Shown: positions 18,527-28,823, numbered from the stretch's first letter. The stretch is DNA of 58,293 nt from a bacterium (GCA_041498295.1 JBGQIB010000005.1:1-58293), one strand, 5' to 3'. Numbers and translations are program-made. The notes: generated by a model from the letters alone, not told the origin.

Positions 18527-20407
18527 TTACTTCGAGCGCATCCGCCGCTCGACTTCCTCGTCGAGACTCTGCGTGTCCCAGGCCTCGTCGGGGGCGGAGA
18601 TCTGATGCGTCGCGAGGTCGCGGGCGAGCATGTCTTCGACCATGCCGCGGCGCGCGTTCACGGCGGAGCGGTACGCGGGCGAGTCACCCTCGCCCCAGTG
18701 CTGGAACATGGCGCGCAGGTTGCGTTCGTCGTGGCGGCGAAACAGGCCCGCGGCGCGCTCGGCTTGGTGACCGCGCCAGCCGAGCGTGCGCAGCGCGACG
18801 CTGCCGAGGCGCAGCGCCCCTTCGAAGGTCTCGCGCTCGAACGCGTCGACGTTGCGCTTCATGAGCTCGTAGACGTGACCGCGGTCGAAGGCGCGCGCGA
18901 GGATCTTCAGGTGCGGGAACTCCTTGCGCGCGATCTCCGCGATCTCGAGCGCTTTCTCCTGATTGTCGACCGCGATCACGATTAACTTCGCGTCTTCGGC
19001 GCCCGCGGCGCGCAAGAGATCCACGCGGCTCGCGTCGCCATAGTTCGCCTTGTTGCCGAAGCTGCGCACCGTCTCGACCTGGTCGGCGCTGTGCTCGAGG
19101 ATCGAGGTCGAGTAACCGTTCGCGACCAGCAGCCGGTGAACGATCTGACCGAAGCGGCCGAAGCCGGCGATGACCGCGTGCGGCGTGGCGGCCAGCGGGA
19201 AGTGCGCCGGAGCCTCGCGATCGACCGAGTGACTCATTGCGCTCGCGGCGCGCTCGCCGAGCATGAAGAGGAGCGGCGTCGCCGCCATCGACAGCGCCAC
19301 CGCCGCGACGAGCGGGTCGACCACCGAGGCGGGCACCACGCCGGCCGTCTCTGCGAACGCGAACAACACGAACGCGAACTCACCACCCTGCGCGAGCGCG
19401 AGCGCGATCATGAGCGCCTCCGGTCGCGGCCGCCGAAAAGCGCGCGCGAGCGCGAACATCACGGCCGCCTTCAGCGCAACGAGACTGGCGACGAGCGCCA
19501 GGATCACGAGCGGCCGCGCGAGAATCAGCGGGAAGTCGATGCCCGCGCCGACCGAAATGAAGAACAATCCCAAGAGCAGCGCGCGGAACGGCTCGATGTC
19601 GCTCTGCAGCTCGTGGCGGTACTCGCTGTCCGCGAGCACGACGCCGGCGACGAACGCGCCGAGCGCCGGCGAGAGTCCCACGCTCTGCATCAGGAGCGCC
19701 ACGCCGACGACGAGCGCGAGCGCGCACGCCGTGAAGATCTCGTTCAGGCGCAGGTGCGCGATCCAGCGAAACAGCGGCCGCGTGAGCACGCGCCCGCCGA
19801 GCACCACCGCGCCGACCGCGCCGATCACCGCGAGTGTCTCCGCCCAAGCCGGCAGGCCCGCGAGCGGACCCGCGTGCGCCTCCGCGCCCGACGTGACCAG
19901 CAGCGGAAACAGCGCGAGCATCGGAATCACGGCGATGTCCTGGAACAGCAGCACCGAGAACGCCGCGCGGCCCAGGTCCGTCGCCGCGAGCCCCTTCTCG
20001 CGCAGGCTCTGCATGACGATCGCCGTGGACGAGAGCGACAGGATGAAGCCCGCCGCGACCGCGACCCGCCACTCGAGCCCGAGCAAGAGGCCTACACCGG
20101 CAAGCGTCCCCCCAGTCACCGCCACCTGCGCGCCGCCCAGCCCGAGGATCGCCGTGCGCATGCGCCAGAGCAGCGCCGGCTCTAGCTCGAGCCCGATCAG
20201 GAACAGCATGATCACGACCCCGAGCTCGGCCGCGTGCATCACGCTCTCCGGATCGCCGACGAAGCCGAGCCCGAACGGCCCGATCAGCGCGCCCGCGACC
20301 AGATAACCGAGCACCGACCCTAGCCCGACCCGGTTGGCGATCAGCACCGAAACCACCGCCGCGGCGAGAAAGACGAACGCCTGAGTCAGAAACGAATCGT
20401 GCCCCAT
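18527..20407 (-). CDS. kefC: KefB/KefC-type K+ efflux antiporter (CPA2) with KTN domain
   Basis: LLFQDIAVIP, SEYRHELQSDIEPF, GFGRFGQ; adjacent to a KefF-like gene. Confidence 0.9.
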   Translation of the reverse strand: MGHDSFLTQAFVFLAAAVVSVLIANRVGLGSVLGYLVAGALIGPFGLGFVGDPESVMHAAELGVVIMLFLIGLELEPALLWRMRTAILGLGGAQVAVTGGTLAGVGLLLGLEWRVAVAAGFILSLSSTAIVMQSLREKGLAATDLGRAAFSVLLFQDIAVIPMLALFPLLVTSGAEAHAGPLAGLPAWAETLAVIGAVGAVVLGGRVLTRPLFRWIAHLRLNEIFTACALALVVGVALLMQSVGLSPALGAFVAGVVLADSEYRHELQSDIEPFRALLLGLFFISVGAGIDFPLILARPLVILALVASLVALKAAVMFALARAFRRPRPEALMIALALAQGGEFAFVLFAFAETAGVVPASVVDPLVAAVALSMAATPLLFMLGERAASAMSHSVDREAPAHFPLAATPHAVIAGFGRFGQIVHRLLVANGYSTSILEHSADQVETVRSFGNKANYGDASRVDLLRAAGAEDAKLIVIAVDNQEKALEIAEIARKEFPHLKILARAFDRGHVYELMKRNVDAFERETFEGALRLGSVALRTLGWRGHQAERAAGLFRRHDERNLRAMFQHWGEGDSPAYRSAVNARRGMVEDMLARDLATHQISAPDEAWDTQSLDEEVERRMRSK

Positions 20408-20417
20408 CGCCTGCTCC

Positions 20418-20957
20418 TCACGCGTCGCGCTGCAACGCGAGAATCTGTTCCCGGTACCGGAGCGCCGCGTCGACGAGCTGCGTCTGACTCACCAAGTGAC
20501 TCGCGTGCAGCACGAACGGCGCGAGCCAGCGCATGTGGCAGAGCTCCACCGTCGCCTCGAACGGCCGCATGAACTCCTCGACCGAGAAGCGATTGCCCCC
20601 GCGCGGCCCGTAGCTGTCCTGGCTCCCGCCCGACGTGATCGCCGACAGCCACGTCTTCCCCGCGAGGGCAGTCCCGCCCTCGCCATACGCCCAGCCGTGT
20701 GTGAGCACAAGATCGATCCACTCCTTGATCAGCGCCGGCGCCGAGTACCAATAGAACGGGTGCTGCGCGACCACCGCATCGTGCTCCACGAGCAGCCCCT
20801 GCTCGCGCGGCACGTCGACCATCAGATCCGGGTACGCCTCGTACAAATCATGGAACGTGACCCCCTCGATCCCCCGGACCGCATCCAGCATCGCGCGATT
20901 CGCGCGCGAGCGATGGTAGGCGGGGTGAGCGAAGAGGATGAGGACGCGGCGGGGCAC
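20418..20957 (-). CDS. kefF: KefF/KefG-like NAD(P)H oxidoreductase (flavodoxin-2)
   Basis: [39 protein letters not shown]. Confidence 0.9.
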   Translation of the reverse strand: MPRRVLILFAHPAYHRSRANRAMLDAVRGIEGVTFHDLYEAYPDLMVDVPREQGLLVEHDAVVAQHPFYWYSAPALIKEWIDLVLTHGWAYGEGGTALAGKTWLSAITSGGSQDSYGPRGGNRFSVEEFMRPFEATVELCHMRWLAPFVLHASHLVSQTQLVDAALRYREQILALQRDA

Positions 20958-21005
20958 AGCGGAAGGAATAGGCCGTGCGGGCGATGGGAGGAAGGGCGCA
21001 CTCGC

Positions 21006-21027
21006 CTACGGGTTCATGAACTTCAAC
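21006..21027 (-). repeat. Degenerate copy 1 of methyltransferase 3' end
   Basis: CTACGGGTTCATGAACTTCAAC matches 28836-28857 at 19/22; encodes LKFMNP* vs LKFVKP*. Confidence 0.6.
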
Positions 21028-21161
21028 GACGCGCGGCGAGGCCAGTGGTGTCCCACCGAGCGGCGCGCACTTGCGGACCCAGCCGAAACTAATCGAACAC
21101 TCAGTCGGTCGCCTGGTCTCGCCTCTCATACTGTCGCCAACTCTAGAGGGAGGGCCGCGCC

Positions 21162-21659
21162 ATGAAGAATCTCGCTCTCGCGATCATCATCGCTCTCGCA
21201 GTTGCTGCCCCGGCGCTGCTCGCGCAGACACACGAGAAGAAGATCAAGGAAGCCGAGGTCCCGAAGGCTGTCATCGAGACAGTGACGAAGAAGTATCCCA
21301 AGGCCAAGACGATCCGGTTCGAGCAGGACACGCTCGACGGCAAGAGCATCTTCGAAGTCGGCCTCGAGAACGCCGACGAGAAGCTGGATGTCAGCCTCTC
21401 GGTCGAGGGTAGGATCCTGGAGGAGGAGAAGCGGATCAAGGCGAGCGATCTGCCGGCGGAGATCAAGAAGGGACTGGCCGCTTCGAAGTACGCCAAGTGG
21501 ACCGTCAAGAGCGCGGAGCGAGTCGTCCGCGAGGAAAAGGACGACGCGCCGATATACGAGATCGTGGTGGCCGACAAGGGCGCCACGACCGAGTTGATCT
21601 TGGACAAAGCTGGGACCATCACGAAGGAAGAGCCGAAGCGGAAGAGCGACAACGACTGA
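21162..21659 (+). CDS. Secreted PepSY-like/DUF2874 two-repeat protein, copy 1
   Basis: Signal peptide; EVPKAVIETVTKKYPKA and DLPAEIKKGL repeats; paralogue at 23409. Confidence 0.75.
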   Translation: MKNLALAIIIALAVAAPALLAQTHEKKIKEAEVPKAVIETVTKKYPKAKTIRFEQDTLDGKSIFEVGLENADEKLDVSLSVEGRILEEEKRIKASDLPAEIKKGLAASKYAKWTVKSAERVVREEKDDAPIYEIVVADKGATTELILDKAGTITKEEPKRKSDND

Positions 21660-21706
21660 CTGTCGGCCACCGACTGGACGAACGGCTCATCGAGGGGAGA
21701 CTGCGG

Positions 21707-22414
21707 ATGCGCGCGAACCGAGTCGTGGTGTCCCTACTGGGCTTGGCTCTCGGAGCCGACATCGGCTGCGTCGCCTTGGGTCTCAGCGCGGCCGACTACG
21801 AGCCGAGGATCGATCCGGCGAAGTTCCAGACGACGGTCGACAACCCGTTCTACCCGTTGGTCCCGGGCACGACCTACAAGTACATCGAGAAGGCGCGGGG
21901 CGAGACGAGCGAGAACGAGATCACCGTGACTCATGAGACCAAGACGATCCTGGGAGTGTCCTGCGTGGCCGTGCACGACGTCGTCCTCAAGCGGGGCGTC
22001 GTGGCAGAAGAGACCTACCACTGGGTCGCTCAGGACGAGCACGGAACAGTCTGGTGCTTCGGCGAAGCGACCCAAGAGATCAGCGCGGGCGGCCGGGTCA
22101 GCACGCTTGGCTCGTGGGAGGCGGGAGTCGGCGGAGCTCAGCCGGGCGTCCTCATGCCGGCGAACCCGATGCCCAGCGAGCCCTACCGCCAGGAATACAG
22201 CCTCGGCGTGGCGGAAGACATGGGCCAGATCGAGGCGCTCGGCGAGTCCGTCACGGTGCCCGCGGGCACCTTCACGGACTGCGTGCGCACGCAGGAGTGG
22301 TCGCTCCTGGAGCCGGGCACCGAGAAGAAGTGGTATGCCAAGGGCGTCGGCGTCGTGCGCTCGGAGTCGACGGCAGGTGAGGTGGCGGCTCTCGTCTCGA
22401 TTACACCGGACTAA
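21707..22414 (+). CDS. Conserved exported hypothetical protein, copy 1
   Basis: VDNPFYPLVPGT, GSWEAGVGGAQPG, YRQEY..AEDMG, LEPG.EKKWYAKGVG; paralogue at 23935. Confidence 0.75.
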   Translation: MRANRVVVSLLGLALGADIGCVALGLSAADYEPRIDPAKFQTTVDNPFYPLVPGTTYKYIEKARGETSENEITVTHETKTILGVSCVAVHDVVLKRGVVAEETYHWVAQDEHGTVWCFGEATQEISAGGRVSTLGSWEAGVGGAQPGVLMPANPMPSEPYRQEYSLGVAEDMGQIEALGESVTVPAGTFTDCVRTQEWSLLEPGTEKKWYAKGVGVVRSESTAGEVAALVSITPD

Positions 22415-22470
22415 CACTCGACGCTGTCCAAACGTACTACGCCCTCTGTTGGATTTCGCTTCACTCACTC

Positions 22471-23412
22471 GTGGAGCACCGTGCCTCGCTGATCTGGAGG
22501 CGCGCGATTACGACGAGATACTGGACGCTCTTGTGTCTGGCGATCGAAGTGGCGCTCTGCACGACGGCGCGGGGAGATGAACTGAGTCTCATCGATCGGC
22601 TCAGCGGGTTTCGCGTTTGCGCCCACCGCGGTGGCTACTGGTTCGCCGATTCGAATACGATCACTCGCTTCGGAACCGCCCTCCGCCAGGGCGCGGACAT
22701 CGTCGAAACCGATCTCCAGGTCTCCAGCGACGGCGTGCCGTTCCTCTTCCACGACACGGATCTGAGCCCCGCCACGAACTGCCGGGGGCCGATCTCCCGA
22801 CACTCGGCCAGCGACATCGATCAGTGTCGCCTGCGCAGCCTCACGCGGGGCCCGGACCGCTTCGAGGCGGCGCTGAAGTGGTCGCGAGGCCGCGTCGTGA
22901 TCGATGCCGAGTTCAAGTCGCCGATGGTCGTACGGCCGGCGATCGATCTGGTGCGGCGGTACTCAGCCTACGAGTGGGTGTACTTCCAAGTAGGGGAGGG
23001 AACGCGCTTGTACGACGAAGCGCGCGCGTACGATCGGTACGTCGCGCTCGAAGTGGCTCCGCGAGGCCGAGGCGGCCAACTGACGTTGGACCGTCTCCTC
23101 TCGATCCGCGATCCGCGACTCGTGAGCGTGCAGCTCCACCCGGACCTCGCAACTGGCGCGAACCTCGAGGCGATACGACGCAGCGGCAAGCGCGCGTCCG
23201 CGGATGCATTCCGCTTCGGCACCGAACGGCGCCTTGCCATCTGGCCGCTCGGCCGCGTTGCATTCTGCACGGAGCTCTACCGGCTTGGAATCAACATCGC
23301 AGTCACGAACGTGCCGGAGGCGTGCGCCCAGCAGAGGAGCGCGGCACAGGCCTCGGCAAACGAAAGACTCGGAGTCTTGCACTCAACCGACTCATGGAGG
23401 CCCGACCCATGA
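22471..23412 (+). CDS. Glycerophosphodiester phosphodiesterase family protein, exported
   Basis: CAHRGG, VETDLQVSSDGVPFLFHD. Confidence 0.8.
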   Translation: MEHRASLIWRRAITTRYWTLLCLAIEVALCTTARGDELSLIDRLSGFRVCAHRGGYWFADSNTITRFGTALRQGADIVETDLQVSSDGVPFLFHDTDLSPATNCRGPISRHSASDIDQCRLRSLTRGPDRFEAALKWSRGRVVIDAEFKSPMVVRPAIDLVRRYSAYEWVYFQVGEGTRLYDEARAYDRYVALEVAPRGRGGQLTLDRLLSIRDPRLVSVQLHPDLATGANLEAIRRSGKRASADAFRFGTERRLAIWPLGRVAFCTELYRLGINIAVTNVPEACAQQRSAAQASANERLGVLHSTDSWRPDP

Positions 23413-23909
23413 AGAAAGTCGCTCTCGCGATCACGATCGCACTCGCCGCTTCGATCCCGTCGCTGCCTGCGCAGGCGGGCGAGAAGAAGCTCAAGGAGGG
23501 CGAGGTCCCCAGACCGGTCATCGACGCGGTGAAGAAGAAATATCCCAAAGCCAAGATGGTCTACTTCGAGCACGAGACCGAGGACGGCAACAGCGTCTTC
23601 GAGATCGGCCTCGAGAGTGTCGGCAAGAAAGTCGAGGTCGAGCTGTCGCCGGACGGCAAGATCTTGGAGGAGGCTGTGCCAATGGAGGAACGCGAGATGC
23701 CGGCCGAGGTCAAGCAGGGGCTGGCCCGTTCCAAGTACGTCAAGTGGACCGTCAAGCGGGTTGAGCGAATCGTCGTCGAGGAGAAGAACGACGCCCCCAA
23801 CTACGAGGTTCTGGTGGCCAACGATGACAGCATGACCGAGTTGGTGATGGACAAATCCGGAGTCATAACCAAAGAGGAGGCGAAGGGCGGTGACGAAGAT
23901 GACGACTGA
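23409..23909 (+). CDS. Secreted PepSY-like/DUF2874 protein, copy 2
   Basis: ATGA overlap, GGAGG RBS; paralogue of 21162-21659. Confidence 0.75.
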   Translation: MKKVALAITIALAASIPSLPAQAGEKKLKEGEVPRPVIDAVKKKYPKAKMVYFEHETEDGNSVFEIGLESVGKKVEVELSPDGKILEEAVPMEEREMPAEVKQGLARSKYVKWTVKRVERIVVEEKNDAPNYEVLVANDDSMTELVMDKSGVITKEEAKGGDEDDD

Positions 23910-23934
23910 CGAACGCGGTGCCGAGCGGCGTCCG

Positions 23935-24639
23935 GTGCCGAAGCGAGTCACAATCTCGATCGTGGGTTTGGTTCTCGCGGCCGAGCTCGGATGTGTCGCC
24001 CTGGGTCTCAGCCCCGCCGACTACAACCCGAAAATCGATCCCGCGAATTTCCGGACGACAGTCGACAACCCGTATCTGCCGTTGGTACCGGGGACGACCT
24101 ACAAGTTCATCGAAACGGTGCTGGGGGAGAAGAGCGTGAACGAAATCACCGTGACGCACGAGACGAAGGTGATCATGGGAGTGCCGTGCATGGTCGTGCA
24201 CGACGTGGTGACCAAGAACGGCATCTTGGCAGAGGACACCTACGACTGGATCGCGGCGGACAATCACGGAACCGTCTGGTACTTCGGCGAAGACACTCAG
24301 GAGATCAGCCCGGGCGGTGCCATCAGCACGATCGGCTCGTGGGAGGCCGGAGTCGGCGGGGCTCAGCCGGGTATCCTCATGCCGGCAAATCCGATGCCGA
24401 GCGGGCCGTACCGCCAAGAATACGGCCTCGGAGTCGCAGAGGACATGGGCCAGATCGACGGGCTCGGTGACTCGGTGACGGTACCCGCGGGTACCTTCGC
24501 AGACTGCGTGCGCACGCTGGAGTGGTCGCTTCTGGAGCCCGGCACGGAAAAGAAGTGGTACGCCAAGGGCGTCGGCGTCGTGCGCACCGAGTCGACCGCA
24601 GGCGAGGTGGCCGTGCTCGTCTCGATCACACGGGAATGA
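23935..24639 (+). CDS. Conserved exported hypothetical protein, copy 2
   Basis: Close paralogue of 21707-22414; GTG start inferred by alignment. Confidence 0.75.
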   Translation: MPKRVTISIVGLVLAAELGCVALGLSPADYNPKIDPANFRTTVDNPYLPLVPGTTYKFIETVLGEKSVNEITVTHETKVIMGVPCMVVHDVVTKNGILAEDTYDWIAADNHGTVWYFGEDTQEISPGGAISTIGSWEAGVGGAQPGILMPANPMPSGPYRQEYGLGVAEDMGQIDGLGDSVTVPAGTFADCVRTLEWSLLEPGTEKKWYAKGVGVVRTESTAGEVAVLVSITRE

Positions 24640-24642
24640 CGC

Positions 24643-25419
24643 GTGAACGCGAGTCCGGGACGTGCGGTCCTTTGCGGGTTGCTAGTCATATTGGGTCTGG
24701 TCGCGGGCGCTCTACCGGGATTCGCTCAATCCACCATCTACAAGACGCGCAAGTCGGCGTCCTCCACGTGGTCGACGGTATTGCCGCTCACGATCGGGAC
24801 AGCATTCGAGTTCGAGACCAACAAGGAGCAGACGGAGTGGGGCTTCCCCATCCTCATCCAATACAATTTCACCGAGACCCTGCAGGTGAGCATCGAGCCG
24901 AGCTTCGGTCACATCAAGGGAAAAACCGAAGACGTGGCGACGGTGGGAGGAGTTGGCGATCTCGAGACGTCGATCGACTGGGAATTCATGCGCGAGCGCC
25001 GCTGGACGCCCGCCCTCGGGTTCGAAGGCACGGTCCGCTGGCCGACCGCGAGCAACCCCGACCTCGGAAACCGCAACCACGACTACGCCGTCGGCCTCGT
25101 GATCAGCAAGGACCTCGTGTTCTTCGACCTCGACTCGAATGTGATCTACACGTTCTCGGGAGATCCGGACCAACAGTCCAAGCTCGAGATCTCGCTCGCG
25201 GCCGAGTATCCGCTGAACCGCTGGATCGACCTCGACGCGGAATTTGTCCAGACCATCGAGACGGGGCGGGGCCGAAGCGACAGACCTACCGAGGTCACAG
25301 TCGGCCTGGGCTGGCACGTGAATCCCTTCCTGACGATCGAGTACGGCACGCAGATCAGGAGCGACGGAAGTTGGCAGGAGCTCCTTGGCTGGCAGTACAG
25401 CTTCGGAGGAAACGACTGA
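24643..25419 (+). CDS. Putative outer-membrane beta-barrel (MetA-pathway-of-phenol-degradation-like)
   Basis: Signal peptide, GGVGDL, PTASNPDLG, amphipathic strands ending GWQYSF. Confidence 0.6.
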   Translation: MNASPGRAVLCGLLVILGLVAGALPGFAQSTIYKTRKSASSTWSTVLPLTIGTAFEFETNKEQTEWGFPILIQYNFTETLQVSIEPSFGHIKGKTEDVATVGGVGDLETSIDWEFMRERRWTPALGFEGTVRWPTASNPDLGNRNHDYAVGLVISKDLVFFDLDSNVIYTFSGDPDQQSKLEISLAAEYPLNRWIDLDAEFVQTIETGRGRSDRPTEVTVGLGWHVNPFLTIEYGTQIRSDGSWQELLGWQYSFGGND

Positions 25420-25425
25420 CTGCAG

Positions 25426-25548
25426 CTACGGCTTCACGAATTTCAGCATGAAGGGATCGCTCGAGCTTTTAGCCCGCCCCCTCGACCTCCTGAGTCAGAA
25501 AAATCTCGTTGATGCGATGGAGCTGAAGTGACTCGGTCCGCTGACGGG
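25426..25548 (-). repeat. Copy 2 of methyltransferase 3' end (two remnant segments)
   Basis: 25426-25463 matches 28836-28873 at 36/38; about 25475-25548 matches about 28971-29046 (ESLQLHRI.E.FLTQEVE). Confidence 0.85.
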
Positions 25549-26025
25549 CCGTCTGGCTCACCAAGTGACTCGCGTGCAGCGTGAACGGCGCGAGCCAGCG
25601 CATGTTGCACAGCTCCACCGTCGCCTCGAACGGCCGCATGAACCCCTCGACCGAGAAGCGGTTCCCCCGCGCCGCCCGTAGCTGCCCTCGCTCCCGCCCG
25701 ACGTGATCGCCGACAGCCACGTCTTCCCCGCGAGCGCCGTCCCGCCCTCGCCGTACGCCCACCCGTGGGTGAGCACCAGGTCGATCCACTCCTTGACGAG
25801 CACCGGCGCCGAGTACCAGTAGAACGGGTGCTGCCCGACCACCGGATCGTGCTCCGCGAGCAGCCCCTGCTCGCGCGGCACGTCGACCATCAGATCCGGG
25901 TACGCCTCGTACAAATCATGGAACGTGACCCCCTCGATCTCCCGCACCGCATCCAGCATCGCGCGATTCGTTTGCGAGCGATGGTAGGCGGGGTGAGCGA
26001 AGAGGACGAGGACCGAGCGGGACAC
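25469..26025 (-). pseudogene. Second kefF-like copy, frameshifted near 25665 and fused to a methyltransferase fragment
   Basis: Highly similar to 20481-20957; last kefF codons replaced by ESLQLHRINEIFLTQEVEGAG*. Confidence 0.8.
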
Positions 26026-26263
26026 CGCGGGAAGGAGTAGCGCGAATCCTCTGGATGGGCGCGCGCCGAATTGCCCACCGGCGGATGCGGTCGTGCCGCC
26101 GGGCAGCCTAGGGCTGACGACCGTTTTCCACCTTGCAGATTCCAACCGGTCAGCGCAATGGTAGAGTGGAAGTCTGTCGACTAGGTTCTAGACGAGTCAC
26201 TGTAGGTTCTCTTCAGTGATGGTTCAATACAGGCGCGTCGTGCGAATCGCGCGGAGACATACT

Positions 26264-27318
26264 ATGCGTGCGGCGGAGCTATTGGAGGGGCGAGTTCTAG
26301 ACGGTGGTTGGCGCGTTCTTGAGCGTGTGCAGACACCGGGGGAACGATCGCCTGGATACTTCTCCGTCGGGTACTTCGTTGAAAACGATGAGGGCGCGAA
26401 GGGCTTTCTCAAAGCCCTCGACTATGCCGGGGCACTTGCTTCCGGGGGCGATCGCGCAGAAATCCTGAGGCTGCTCACCTCGGCATACGTATACGAACGG
26501 AACTTACTCCGTTTGTGCGCCGAACGCGGCCTCAGCCGAGTCGTCCGGATCATCGGAGAGGGAAGCATACAGGTTCGGGGAAGCGACCCGGCGACCTAGT
26601 CGACTATCTGATCTTAGAGCTTGCAGAAGCTGACTCACGGGACTTTCTCGATGACTTGGATGCGGTCTGGGCTGTGCGAACTCTGCACCAGATGGCCGCG
26701 GCGCTGTCACAGCTTCATGGCGAAAGCATCGCTCATCAGGACGTGAAGCCGGCGAATGTCCTTGTGTTCGAGCCGCGTTCATCAAAGCTCGGAGACCTGG
26801 GACGAGCATCGCGCGAGGCGATCGGCGCCGTGCATGACGAATGGGACTGTCCCGGCGATGCCCGATACGCACCACCCGAACTTCAGTTCGGCTATGTCGA
26901 CCCCGATTGGCGCAAGCGCCGAATAGGCACAGATCTCTACCAGCTTGGCAGTCTCGCCGTGTTCTTCTTTTCCGGGTCCGCCATGTTTCACCTAGGCATG
27001 AGTCATCTTGCAGGCGATCACCGTCCCGGGGCGTGGACTGGGGAGTACGAAGCAGCCCTGCCGTACGTTCAGCAAGCAACGGCTCGAGCGCTCTCCGTCT
27101 TCAAGTCGGACGTCTCTCGTCGAATCCACAATGATGACCTTACGACCCGGCTCGTCGCGACTGTGAAACAGCTGTGCGACCCCGATCCAAAACGCAGAGG
27201 TCATCCCTCAGATCAAATCGGACATCACGACAAACAGTCACTGCATAGGTTCGTCTCCGAGTTTGATCTCATTGCTCGCCGACTTGAGAAAACCACGATC
27301 GAAGAGCTTCGCCGATGA
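26264..27318 (+). CDS. Hanks-type Ser/Thr protein kinase with a 1-nt frameshift near 26590
   Basis: GYFSVGY, FLKALD, HQDVKPANVL, DLG, GDARYAPPE, DLYQLG spread across two frames. Confidence 0.85.
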
Positions 27319-28823
27319 GTCAGTCTCTTAGCGAGACGGTCAGGCGTCTTGTTCCTCGTTGGCGGGGATCCGCTGTCACCGCCCGCCTCGGCGAGCTCAG
27401 ATCTCATCGACGCGCTACGCATGTTCGGAAGACAGAGCATCTCGACCTGGATGTCGAGTTGCTGCGGTGGAAGGAGCGACCAAATCTCGGAAGAGCCTCG
27501 GAGCTATTGGGCGCGGCACTCTTTGCGGGACGACCGGCAGCGGCCTCGGAAGCAGCGACATTTGTCCTGAACTCACTTGATGGGGCGCCTGCTGGAGCGC
27601 GACGCATCGGTGAAGAGATTCTGACGCGGGCGGAGAGATCGAGCAGTCGACCCGAAGTCGTATCGGCGACAAGCGTTGTAAGCCTAGGAGGAGAGATCCG
27701 GACAAATCGCGAGCTCCTCGCATTGGAACCAAGAAACGGCATCGGCTGGGCTGATCTGAGCCTTCTCTATGCGAGCCTCGGACTCTCTGCCAAAGCGGCG
27801 CGATCAATGGATATCGCTCTAGCGCTGGCTGGCGAGAATCGCTTCGTCCTTAGGTCGAGTGCACGGTTGTGGATACACCTCGATGATCCAGATCGCGCAC
27901 TTGCAGTTCTTCGCGCGACCAAATCCAGCCAGTTTGATCCGTGGGTAATGGCTGCCGAGATGGCGACGGCGCAGACAGCGGATCGACCGATCAGGAGTGT
28001 GAGACGAGTCCGCGAGATACTCTCCGGTCAGAGATTTAGCCCGAGAGATACCGCCGAGCTCGCTGGCGCCCTCGCGACTATTGAAGTCGAGTCAGGTGCG
28101 CGAAAGGTCGCACGCAAGCTCTTCCAGCAGTCCTTGGTCGATCCCACAGAGAACGCGATCGCCCAAGCGAGTTGGGCAACTCGTCAACGTGGCATCGACA
28201 CAGCGATCGTCAGCGCTCGGGAGCTGGGTGAGTCATCGGAAGCTCTCGCCATGCAACGATTCCAGGAGAGCTCTTGGGCAGCATCGGTCTCTGCCGCCAG
28301 ATCGTGGCTTGCGGACGAGAGATTTTCGTCGCGGCCCGCGATTCACGGCTCTTACACAGCGGCCGTGGCTCTTCGAGAATTTGAACTAGCCAAACTGATA
28401 GCGCAGCAGGGACTTGCAGCGAATCCAACCGAGGGCGCTCTGCTAAACAATCTCGCCTACGCCGAAGCGAATCTCGGTGAGTTGGACGCAGCTGACAAGA
28501 CTCTACAGAGTGTTCCAGCCTCAGACAAAACGGGCGCCCAGCAGATCTGTCTGGAAGCTACGCGCGGTCTAATCGAGTTCAGACGTGGCGATGCAGCTGC
28601 GGGGCGGACTTACTATCAACGGGCACTAGCTCTGGCAAGACAGTTTCCCGATCGAAGAGTGTACTCGCAAGCCTTGCTCCACCTGGCTCTTGAAGAGCTG
28701 CGCGCTAGCGGTGAAGGCGGAAGGGCAATCGCAACCGCCGCACTCGACTGTGAGGACAAGTCATCCGCGACCCTTCAACTCAAGCAGTACGTAAAGGACC
28801 GCCTGAAGGAGCTAACGAGGTAA
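27315..28823 (+). CDS. TPR-repeat protein, translationally coupled to the kinase
   Basis: ATGA overlap; EPRNGIGWADLSLLY, LLNNLAYAEANLGELDAA, ATRGLIEFRRGD TPR-like helices. Confidence 0.75.
   Translation: MSQSLSETVRRLVPRWRGSAVTARLGELRSHRRATHVRKTEHLDLDVELLRWKERPNLGRASELLGAALFAGRPAAASEAATFVLNSLDGAPAGARRIGEEILTRAERSSSRPEVVSATSVVSLGGEIRTNRELLALEPRNGIGWADLSLLYASLGLSAKAARSMDIALALAGENRFVLRSSARLWIHLDDPDRALAVLRATKSSQFDPWVMAAEMATAQTADRPIRSVRRVREILSGQRFSPRDTAELAGALATIEVESGARKVARKLFQQSLVDPTENAIAQASWATRQRGIDTAIVSARELGESSEALAMQRFQESSWAASVSAARSWLADERFSSRPAIHGSYTAAVALREFELAKLIAQQGLAANPTEGALLNNLAYAEANLGELDAADKTLQSVPASDKTGAQQICLEATRGLIEFRRGDAAAGRTYYQRALALARQFPDRRVYSQALLHLALEELRASGEGGRAIATAALDCEDKSSATLQLKQYVKDRLKELTR

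Noticed and set aside
20381-20401. 19/21 match between the kefC start (HDSFLTQ) and methyltransferase 28986-29006 (HESFLTQ)
   Set aside because: Short and centred on the iterated TGAGTCA motif; may be chance
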